The position numbers were made by a program, and so were the translations under genes. Under the pieces are notes generated by a model. The model made no database searches. It was not told the DNA's origin and saw only the letters and a list, made by a program, of their open reading frames with translations. Positions 57,350 through 64,000 of a stretch of DNA of 64,000 nt are shown here, in pieces. Each line of letters starts with the position of its first letter. Within the stretch, counting starts at the first letter, position 1. The DNA comes from a virus (Duplodnaviria; Caudoviricetes). The stretch covers positions 96,001 to 160,000 of IMG/VR virus record IMGVR_UViG_3300017766_003100; one strand, 5' to 3'.

Positions 57350-58567
57350 TTATAAATAATATAGAATATCCGCAGTTCCATTAAATGTTGCATTAGCACC
57401 TAATGGTGTAATACATAACCACATTTCATCTAAAGTACCATTAACATTAGAACCAACTCTAATTTGGTTATCATCAAGTTTCGTTGTAGTTAATGCCGAA
57501 GTACCCGCTTGACCAATCAAAGAAGTCATAATGTGACCAGGGGATGTTATTGTATGTGTATTACCAGTACCCAAACTATATTGGAATGGTGAATTTGGAA
57601 TATCTACCCAAGTTGGGGTATAAGATAAAGTTGGATTGAATTCCATTGTTAATAAATAATTGTCATTAGATGTATTAAGAATACTAATTGCATCGTATTG
57701 TGATGAAACCGATGTATAAGACTCCTTCAATCTATAACCAATATAAGGATATTTTTCACCAGAAGTAGCTAATGTTGTTGTTGCTGTATATGGTACTGAA
57801 ACTGTTGAATATAAACCATTTAAAGCACCTTCAGAAGCTGTTTGAGAACATATCATATCAAAATAACCAGAACCAACACCAACTTGTCTTATTTCATATC
57901 TTATTGGTTGATTAGGTGAGGCCATATAAACTGTTGATATATTATTTGCAGCAGTATAATCAATAAAATAAATTGTTTGACCTGATAATACCATTCCAAA
58001 TCTTAGTCTACCAACACCTAACCATTGATAATCTACAGTCATCAAATTGGTTTTAGTCCAATCAAAATTGTTGGGGTCAAATTGAGTATTAGTCCAAACA
58101 GAAGTATCTGCACTATAAGTACAAGAACCGCTCAAATATATGTTAAAAGTTATTGCACTTGTAACACCATTACTTTCCAAAAAGAAACCATCAAAAACTG
58201 AATTATATGGTGTTCCTGTCGTTGATTGAAACATACCAACCCTTTTAATAACATTAGTTTCAATGGCAAAGTTATTAAAACTAGCTTCAAATAATTGACT
58301 TTTACCTGGTTGATAAATTGGATGTGTTTTTGATTGACGTATAACTAAATCGTTATTAGCTGAAGTAGACATTCTAACTCTTGCATATTGTTGGTCAAAA
58401 ATTGATGTAGCAGTTCCAGCTGTCATTTCATTGACTTGAAGTGGATTTTTATCATAAACGTGTTTGATATCTAAAAGATTAGTTACTGCTGCAGTTCTTA
58501 ATCTACCAAACGCATCTAAGTTTGGGCTATCTGAGTATTTTATCGAATTATTAAAAATGTATGCCAT
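57350..58567 (-). CDS. Phage virion protein of the 'DAFGRLR' type, probably lectin-like beta-sandwich
   Basis: SPNLDAFGRLR, YQPGKSQL, DYQWLGVGRLRFG, NQPIRYEI motifs recognised from phage structural proteins; fold is inference. Confidence 0.55.
   Translation of the reverse strand: MAYIFNNSIKYSDSPNLDAFGRLRTAAVTNLLDIKHVYDKNPLQVNEMTAGTATSIFDQQYARVRMSTSANNDLVIRQSKTHPIYQPGKSQLFEASFNNFAIETNVIKRVGMFQSTTGTPYNSVFDGFFLESNGVTSAITFNIYLSGSCTYSADTSVWTNTQFDPNNFDWTKTNLMTVDYQWLGVGRLRFGMVLSGQTIYFIDYTAANNISTVYMASPNQPIRYEIRQVGVGSGYFDMICSQTASEGALNGLYSTVSVPYTATTTLATSGEKYPYIGYRLKESYTSVSSQYDAISILNTSNDNYLLTMEFNPTLSYTPTWVDIPNSPFQYSLGTGNTHTITSPGHIMTSLIGQAGTSALTTTKLDDNQIRVGSNVNGTLDEMWLCITPLGANATFNGTADILYYL
57351..57358 (-). 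promoter_or_regulatory. TATTTATA motif on minus strand upstream of glycosyltransferase
   Basis: 37 nt upstream of start 57313; overlaps the end of the preceding gene. Confidence 0.55.
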
Positions 58568-58568
58568 A

Positions 58569-59213
58569 TTATATTATCCACCAATTATTATTTCTTGCCA
58601 CCAATGTAAGTGACATATAGTTTATGTTCATATCAACGTAGGAATTTCCATCAATTGTACCACTTGTTGGGGTTATTCTTATTCTATAAGAACCAGAATT
58701 ACCACCTTCGTCTTTTATAGTTACTTTTAATCCATCCAAAGAATTTGGTGAAAACAGAGTTAAATCGACATCCCCCAAATAACTTATTCCATTATAACTA
58801 AAACCTGATGATAAGGTTACTGCGGAGGTAGTAATACCTGTTGTTGCCTCATAGAATGTGACACCAGTAACCGAATCAATTGTTGCGGTAAATGTTGAAC
58901 CATCACTTTCACCAATTGTAAATGTGTTATTATTATATGTAAAACTCGTAACACTTGTATCTGTAAATCCAGTAACGAAACCTGAAACTGTAAAAGTCCC
59001 ACCCGAAGTATTAGTAAATGTAATAGTACCTGTAGTCGCATCATAAGTCCCACCTGATATGTACACTGATTGTACTAAGTCAGTTACTTGTTGTATTGTT
59101 GCCTTAAATGATGACCCAGCTGGATTTTGTGAAGTGTCATTTGGATTTACAATATGAATTAAATCCGTAAATGTCACAGCTGTTGCAGATGTCCTATCGG
59201 TAAGAAATGCCAT
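58569..59213 (-). CDS. Short fibre/adaptor protein with T4 gp9/gp10-like C-terminal domain
   Basis: N-terminal DLIHIVNP...FKATIQQV adaptor motif; C-terminal GLKVTIKDEGGN...ITPTSGTIDG...NYMSLTLV..NNWWII. Confidence 0.55.
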   Translation of the reverse strand: MAFLTDRTSATAVTFTDLIHIVNPNDTSQNPAGSSFKATIQQVTDLVQSVYISGGTYDATTGTITFTNTSGGTFTVSGFVTGFTDTSVTSFTYNNNTFTIGESDGSTFTATIDSVTGVTFYEATTGITTSAVTLSSGFSYNGISYLGDVDLTLFSPNSLDGLKVTIKDEGGNSGSYRIRITPTSGTIDGNSYVDMNINYMSLTLVARNNNWWII

Positions 59214-59226
59214 TTAATATTTTATT

Positions 59227-59234
59227 TATAAATA
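59227..59234 (-). promoter_or_regulatory. TATTTATA motif on minus strand
   Basis: 13 nt upstream of start 59213. Confidence 0.6.
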
Positions 59235-59235
59235 G

Positions 59236-59535
59236 TTAGGACATAAAGAAATAACCAACACCATCCATAAAAAAGAAATCCTCTAAATCCATAAATTCTT
59301 TTATATCTTCACTACAATATAATACCTTAAACTTTTCACAACCATCACTTGTTATAACTTTCACACCAATTGCAGGTGCGGAATCAAATTGAGGTGGTAA
59401 AACCATTAAATTGGTAATGGGTACTGTTGTTGATATATATGCTAATAAAATACATTGATTACCGAATACATCACAAACGTAAACAGTGTAAGGTGGATTT
59501 AATCCCCATATATTACTAAAGGAAAGTAAGTTCAT
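59236..59535 (-). CDS. Small Cys-containing beta-domain protein, paralog of 61600..61815
   Basis: GLNPPYTVYVCDVFGNQC...P...VKVITSDGC. Confidence 0.65.
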   Translation of the reverse strand: MNLLSFSNIWGLNPPYTVYVCDVFGNQCILLAYISTTVPITNLMVLPPQFDSAPAIGVKVITSDGCEKFKVLYCSEDIKEFMDLEDFFFMDGVGYFFMS

Positions 59536-59553
59536 ATTATAACTTTATGTAGT

Positions 59554-59561
59554 TATAAATA
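59554..59561 (-). promoter_or_regulatory. TATTTATA motif on minus strand
   Basis: 18 nt upstream of start 59535. Confidence 0.6.
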
Positions 59562-59568
59562 TTACGTA

Positions 59569-61596
59569 TTATAAACTACCCAAACATGTGGCACAATTAT
59601 CAAAGAAAGTATTTCCAGTTGATGGGAAAAAACTTCCTGAGATGTATGTAAATGTTGAACCTAAAGGTAAAGTTGGATAAGTTGATGAGTAGTACATAAA
59701 CTCCCAACAATAATCATTGGTGATAGTTTTAAATATTGTTCCTGGTGTAAATGTAGGAATAGCCAAAGTTTGAATAATATATTCTGTTGGATTTCCACAT
59801 TGTCTGAAAACATAATAACCTATGGCCATAGATGGTGTTGGTGATGGTGTATTTGTTGGTGTTAATGTTGGTGTAACGGTTGGTGTTGGAGTAGGTGAAA
59901 CATCAGGTGTACATAATGAACATTCACCTAAATTTGAATAACCTAAAGGTCCATCAATTAAACTTATTTCATCAATACCAATAACATCCAAATTATAACC
60001 CAAGAAAGAAATACATTTTGAATTTCCATTAACATTTCCTTTAAAAATCATAAATTGGTCAATAGTACCACCTGAAGGTAATGGTATTGAATTGGTTGTA
60101 TAATACATTTCACCAGTATAACAATCTTGGAATTGTTTACTATTCGGACATTTTATTTCTCCATTTACAGTATTAAATGTTACATTACCTAATATGTTTA
60201 TTGGCCTTGTTACATCAGGTGTTGGTGTAGGTGTTGGTGTTAATGTTGCCGTTGGTGTTGGTGTATATCCAGTTATTGTTACATCTATAGCTACATCACC
60301 ACAAGGATTACTAGGTGTTGGTGTTGGTGTACTTGTTGGAGAAGTTGTTATCGTTGGTGTAGGTGTTGGTGTTGGAATATATTCACAATCAAAAACTGCG
60401 GTAAAGTCTAATACGGAACAATTCACAGTTGGCGTTGGAGTAGGTGTAGGACAAGCTCCACTAAATACATATTCATCACATAAATCAGGACAAGTTGAAA
60501 TACAAGGATAAGGTCCTTCTAATAAACAAGTACCATCCAATACTGATGACATACACCAAGTTCCTCCAGTTGTGAAATAAATAACATTACCAGTGTTTAC
60601 CCCTAACCAATATGGTTGGGAATTATGTATACCAGCGTATTTGTAATTGTCATCATAACCCAATCCTGTATCACTAATACAATAATTAACAATATCGGTT
60701 TTATCTATTAGAATACAATATGGTGTACCACTACAAGTATATAATGAATAACCATCAGGACAAGTATATCCAGTTCCAGTTGTTGCCCCACTTGAAGATA
60801 AAGGAACGTCTTGACCAATAAAACTTAATGTTGTAAACAAAGTATCCGCGCTTAATTGTGAATAACTAGTATAACCACTAAGAGTTGAAACAGAACCACT
60901 ATATATTTCAGCAACAAAACTCGCAGGACCTGAATCATTCAGGTTCTCCATTTCAATTATGTTCAAACCTGATGAGAAAGTATATGGGAAAACACTTAAA
61001 AATAGTGTTCCATAACCTTGAGCGATTGATGTACCTGGAAATGTTGATATTGTATCATAAATTAAATTACCATTTATTTTAAATCTAAAATAGTCATCAC
61101 CTGAAATCGCGATAAAATATGTACCTGAAACTGGTATGTCTAAACAATAGGAAAATCCCACATATTCATCTTGTGGGTCAGGATTGTTAGTTGTCCATAT
61201 ACCCGCATTATTTAATCTACCTGTAATTGTAGTTCCAGTACCCCAAAGAGAATTTCTTAAACTAGTCGGACCATAGTATGGTGATGTAGTAAATCCTTGA
61301 CCACCTGCTTGAATATTTAAAATTCTTCCACTATTATCTACTAAAAATTGAGTATTAAAAAGTAATGTACCATTCTCAGTGAATGCTGATGTTGTTGACC
61401 CAGTATTTGTTATTGGGAATGAAAGATTTGTAATGTCTTCATAAAAAATAACACCATAAGCATTATATGCTGTATTAACACTACCTGTTGTTGCAGTATA
61501 AAAAAATGAACCACCACTTGTTGCTGCGGTTACAGTATATATACAAGCATCAGAATCGATGGTTGGGGTATAACCCGATGGACAAGGACAACTCAT
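59569..61596 (-). CDS. Cys-rich modular virion protein: CPxGY units, PA14-like domain, (PT)n tracts
   Basis: CPCPSGY and CPDGY flank GTYFIAISGDDYFRFKINGNLIYD...GLNIIEMENLNDSGPA; about 26 Cys; four PT tracts. Confidence 0.6.
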   Translation of the reverse strand: MSCPCPSGYTPTIDSDACIYTVTAATSGGSFFYTATTGSVNTAYNAYGVIFYEDITNLSFPITNTGSTTSAFTENGTLLFNTQFLVDNSGRILNIQAGGQGFTTSPYYGPTSLRNSLWGTGTTITGRLNNAGIWTTNNPDPQDEYVGFSYCLDIPVSGTYFIAISGDDYFRFKINGNLIYDTISTFPGTSIAQGYGTLFLSVFPYTFSSGLNIIEMENLNDSGPASFVAEIYSGSVSTLSGYTSYSQLSADTLFTTLSFIGQDVPLSSSGATTGTGYTCPDGYSLYTCSGTPYCILIDKTDIVNYCISDTGLGYDDNYKYAGIHNSQPYWLGVNTGNVIYFTTGGTWCMSSVLDGTCLLEGPYPCISTCPDLCDEYVFSGACPTPTPTPTVNCSVLDFTAVFDCEYIPTPTPTPTITTSPTSTPTPTPSNPCGDVAIDVTITGYTPTPTATLTPTPTPTPDVTRPINILGNVTFNTVNGEIKCPNSKQFQDCYTGEMYYTTNSIPLPSGGTIDQFMIFKGNVNGNSKCISFLGYNLDVIGIDEISLIDGPLGYSNLGECSLCTPDVSPTPTPTVTPTLTPTNTPSPTPSMAIGYYVFRQCGNPTEYIIQTLAIPTFTPGTIFKTITNDYCWEFMYYSSTYPTLPLGSTFTYISGSFFPSTGNTFFDNCATCLGSL
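59831..60450 (-). repeat. Four (Pro-Thr)n mucin-like tracts (about 59831-59911, 60218-60265, 60311-60375, 60427-60450)
   Basis: GGTGTTGGTGT-type runs on + strand encoding PTPTPTPT on - strand. Confidence 0.9.
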
Positions 61597-61599
61597 TTC

Positions 61600-61815
61600 T
61601 TAAACTACTAAATTAGAGATTATTTCACAATTATTATCATCAACAACTTTTAAATTATAAGATAATTGACCATCCAAAATTGATGGAACATCAAATGAAT
61701 ATGTACCACCTGTTATGGTATCTACATATACACAAGTAGTTAAGGGGTCATCACATAGATAAATGTCGAAAGGTGTTGAACCTGAAACTCCATTTATAGT
61801 TATTGTTGTTGGCAT
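61600..61815 (-). CDS. Small Cys-containing beta-domain protein, paralog of 59236..59535
   Basis: GSTPFDIYLCDDPLTTC...P...LKVVDDNNC. Confidence 0.65.
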   Translation of the reverse strand: MPTTITINGVSGSTPFDIYLCDDPLTTCVYVDTITGGTYSFDVPSILDGQLSYNLKVVDDNNCEIISNLVV

Positions 61816-61844
61816 TTGACAAAATTGTTTTTAATAAATATATT
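61816..61844 (+). promoter_or_regulatory. Sigma70-type promoter for primase, overlapping divergent late motif
   Basis: TTGACA (61816-61821), 17 nt, TATATT (61839-61844); the minus-strand TATTTAT at 61834-61840 lies mostly in the spacer and overlaps the -10 by 2 nt. Confidence 0.65.
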
Positions 61845-61868
61845 AGGTAAGAAAACTTTGTGAATATT

Positions 61869-62771
61869 ATGTCTGACGATAATGAAATAATCGTAGAATT
61901 ACTACGTGATATATTTGGGGATGAAAAACAACATTATGAATCTAAAGGCCAAATTAGTCATAATTGCCCCCTTTGTGATGAGGGGAGGAAAAAAGGAAAT
62001 TTGGAGATAAATTATTTCCAACATCTATTTCATTGTTGGAGCTGTGGTGATACAAATGATATGCACGGCTCACTTCATAAGTTAATTAAAAAATATGGTA
62101 AAAAATCACACCTTAAAACTTATTCTGTACTAGCACCAGAAGAAAACCTACCCAAAGAAAAGAAAAAAGTTAACAAACTTGAACTACCGAGTTTTTATCG
62201 GAAGTTCAATGAGGTCTCATCAATATACCCAGTAAGAAGACAAGCATATAATTATTTAATGAATAGGGGTATTACCGATGAAATAATTGAAAGATATGGA
62301 ATTGGGTTTTGTGATAATGGTAGTCACGCTGGTAGAATAATAATTCCATCTTATGATAAAAATAACAAATTAAATTACTATATTGCCAGAAGTTGGGATT
62401 TACATACAAAAGCAAAATATAAAAACCCTGAAGCTGAAAAAGATAAGATTATTTTCTTTGAAAGTTTGATTGATTGGAATAAAGATATTACTCTAGTTGA
62501 AGGAGCATTTGATTCCATATTCATCCCAAATAGTATTCCAATGTTGGGGAAACATATGAGTTCATTATTGTTTGATACCTTATATGAAAAGGCCAACAAC
62601 AATATAACAATCGCCTTGGATGGTGATGCTTGGGACAATGCGGTTAAATTGTATCATGAGTTAAATGGTGGGAATTTATATGGAAAAATTAAAATAGTAA
62701 AACTACCTTTGGATAAGGATATTGCCGATTTGAGGGGACAAATAAATGAATATTATATTGAAATAAAATGA
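61869..62771 (+). CDS. dnaG: DNA primase (zinc finger + TOPRIM); ORF track start 61860
   Basis: CPLC...HCWSC zinc finger; GRIIIP; LVEGAFD; ALDGDA. Confidence 0.88.
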   Translation: MSDDNEIIVELLRDIFGDEKQHYESKGQISHNCPLCDEGRKKGNLEINYFQHLFHCWSCGDTNDMHGSLHKLIKKYGKKSHLKTYSVLAPEENLPKEKKKVNKLELPSFYRKFNEVSSIYPVRRQAYNYLMNRGITDEIIERYGIGFCDNGSHAGRIIIPSYDKNNKLNYYIARSWDLHTKAKYKNPEAEKDKIIFFESLIDWNKDITLVEGAFDSIFIPNSIPMLGKHMSSLLFDTLYEKANNNITIALDGDAWDNAVKLYHELNGGNLYGKIKIVKLPLDKDIADLRGQINEYYIEIK

Positions 62772-63616
62772 CAGATTTATATAAAGTAAGAGATGAAATA
62801 CTAGAAATAGTTAAAAAAAGACAACAAGAATTACAATTAACTTTTGAAGAAGAAAAACACCAATACACAATGTTGGATAATAATTCTGTATTGAAAGATG
62901 ATTGGTATTCTGTATCAAAAATAATAAAAAAGTATTATGATGAATTTCCAGCTGAAGAAGTTGCGTTAAAGAAAGCCAAAGGTGATATTGAAGAACAACA
63001 AAAATTGTTAAAAGAATGGGCTGGAGCTGGAACATACTCAACTAACTTAGGTAGTAGAACCCACTTTTTATTGGAACAAAAATCCCTTGATATGTTTAAT
63101 ATTAAGAAAGAGGTTAGACAACCAATTTTTGATTGCGATTTTGAACAAATATTAAAGAGTGATAGAATGGTCAGTGCTGGGATTAAATGTTTGGAATTGA
63201 TGAAAGAACGAGGTGCTGTATTATTAGATACGGAAATGGTATTAGGTGATAATGAATTATGTTATGTAGGACAACCAGATAAAATGTGGTTAATTGAGAA
63301 TAAGGAAAAGAGTCAAATTGGGATATTTTGTACAGATTGGAAAACCAATAAGGTTAAGAACTTTGAATCCAATCATTTTACAAAACCGATGAAATACCCC
63401 TTCAATAAATTACCCAATAATGCTTTAGGTCACTATTATGTTCAATTACCATTATATTTAAGATTATTATTTAAAATGTTGGAAGGAAGTAAGTATGAAA
63501 AAATTGGACTTTTTGGAGCAATTATAGTATTGTTGAAAGAAGATGGGACATTTGAAGAGTTTAGAATTCCTATGAATGTAATTACTCAAGTTTTTAATTT
63601 AAAATTAGATTTATGA
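62768..63616 (+). CDS. PD-(D/E)XK exonuclease-like protein
   Basis: GSRTHFLLE, GQPDKMWL...TDWKTNK, HYYVQLPLY. Confidence 0.75.
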   Translation: MTDLYKVRDEILEIVKKRQQELQLTFEEEKHQYTMLDNNSVLKDDWYSVSKIIKKYYDEFPAEEVALKKAKGDIEEQQKLLKEWAGAGTYSTNLGSRTHFLLEQKSLDMFNIKKEVRQPIFDCDFEQILKSDRMVSAGIKCLELMKERGAVLLDTEMVLGDNELCYVGQPDKMWLIENKEKSQIGIFCTDWKTNKVKNFESNHFTKPMKYPFNKLPNNALGHYYVQLPLYLRLLFKMLEGSKYEKIGLFGAIIVLLKEDGTFEEFRIPMNVITQVFNLKLDL

Positions 63617-63825
63617 CACCACTACAAGAATTATTAAATTGGGTTGACCAAGAACTAAGATTAGATGGTTATGAACATAAAGAAATTATGTTGAAAATAC
63701 TGGAACTGAAAGAGAAGGAAGAAAGAATGGTTGTTGATGCTTGGCAAGATGGAAAATTATCTGAAATTGGATATTCTGATACATTAAACGGAAATGATTT
63801 TTATAACAATTTAAATAAAAAATAA
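63613..63825 (+). CDS. Hypothetical protein (70 aa)
   Basis: Coupled ORF (ATGA overlap); KEKEERMVVDAW pattern seen in small phage ORFans. Confidence 0.6.
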   Translation: MTPLQELLNWVDQELRLDGYEHKEIMLKILELKEKEERMVVDAWQDGKLSEIGYSDTLNGNDFYNNLNKK

Positions 63826-64000
63826 ATGGACTTAGTAATCACCAAAAACACAAAAACAAATCACAACAAACCTGATACGGATGAGTATTTAATAGAAACT
63901 TTAAGAACGAGAAAGAAATACTATTTTATTTATGATGGTATAAAGTTCGTATCTGACAAAGAAATAATTGGTGTTGAACCAAAAACATACAAATTAATTT
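63826..64000 (+). CDS. Hypothetical protein, 3' truncated (not in ORF track)
   Basis: ATG directly after the TAA of the previous gene; open to window end (MDLVITKNTKTNHNKPDTDEY...). Confidence 0.55.
   Translation, partial: MDLVITKNTKTNHNKPDTDEYLIETLRTRKKYYFIYDGIKFVSDKEIIGVEPKTYKLI

Noticed and set aside
49079-60450. CRISPR-like arrays suggested by periodic sequence
   Set aside because: All periodicity is coding (75-nt DUF285 units, PT codon runs); there are no identical repeats with unique spacers.
60194-60511. Plus-strand ORF rich in VGVGVG
   Set aside because: It is the antisense mirror of the (PT)n tracts of 59569..61596; no promoter or leader.
1113-63041. Short shadow ORFs in the track (e.g. 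1113, 3164, 6374, 12910, 24132, 28199, 41396, 47704, 52293, 62378, 62811)
   Set aside because: They lie fully within longer, motif-bearing genes on the opposite strand or another frame, and have no recognisable domains.
62768-63616. Cas4 / CRISPR adaptation role for the PD-(D/E)XK nuclease
   Set aside because: No Fe-S cysteine cluster pattern and no cas genes or array in the window.
1-64000. Alternative genetic code (stop-codon reassignment) as in some large phages
   Set aside because: Long ORFs are intact under code 11, and TAG (20876, 23091) and TGA (25698) terminate genes at sensible boundaries.
1-64000. Giant eukaryotic virus (NCLDV) origin, suggested by Cys-rich proteins, a plant-like GT and NCLDV-like HNH
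   Set aside because: Contractile sheath, tube and baseplate genes, coupled operons, Rho-independent terminators and sigma70 promoters indicate a tailed bacteriophage.
1-64000. tRNA or rRNA genes
   Set aside because: Intergenic gaps are short and AT-rich, and I saw no cloverleaf or T-loop (GTTCRA) context in them; tRNAscan-SE would confirm.

Overview
This 64 kb, AT-rich (roughly 30% GC by eye), densely coded window comes from a large contractile-tailed (myovirus-like) dsDNA bacteriophage using the standard genetic code. Left to right it contains: (1) 1-20.9 kb (+), a tail module with sheath (5' truncated), a HAD-like protein, tail tube, a chaperone pair with a candidate frameshift, tape measure, a baseplate/tube-initiator protein with an OmpA-like insert, a LysM wedge protein and a 2341-aa hub; (2) 20.9-30.9 kb (+), a replication/recombination block (gp32-like SSB, RecA-like protein, RHH+HNH+C5-methyltransferase insert, 5'-3' exonuclease, DnaB helicase, class Ia RNR beta and alpha); (3) 31.0-50.1 kb (+), baseplate wedge and large virion proteins ending in an SprB/PKD/DUF285 adhesin-like fibre; (4) 50.1-61.8 kb (-), RuvC plus Cys-rich, Pro/Thr-rich fibre/decoration genes surrounding a GT-A glycosyltransferase; (5) 61.9-64 kb (+), primase, a PD-(D/E)XK nuclease and small ORFs. 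The best candidate for an undescribed system is a glycosyltransferase whose motifs match the plant peptidyl-serine galactosyltransferase/Hyp-arabinosyltransferase (GT96/GT95) type. It is co-regulated with mucin-like (PT)n virion proteins, suggesting phage-encoded O-glycosylation of its own fibres. A strand-following TATTTAT(A) motif precedes 16 gene starts (candidate late promoter), while consensus sigma70 promoters precede ssb and primase. All family assignments come from motif recognition by eye; no database search was run.
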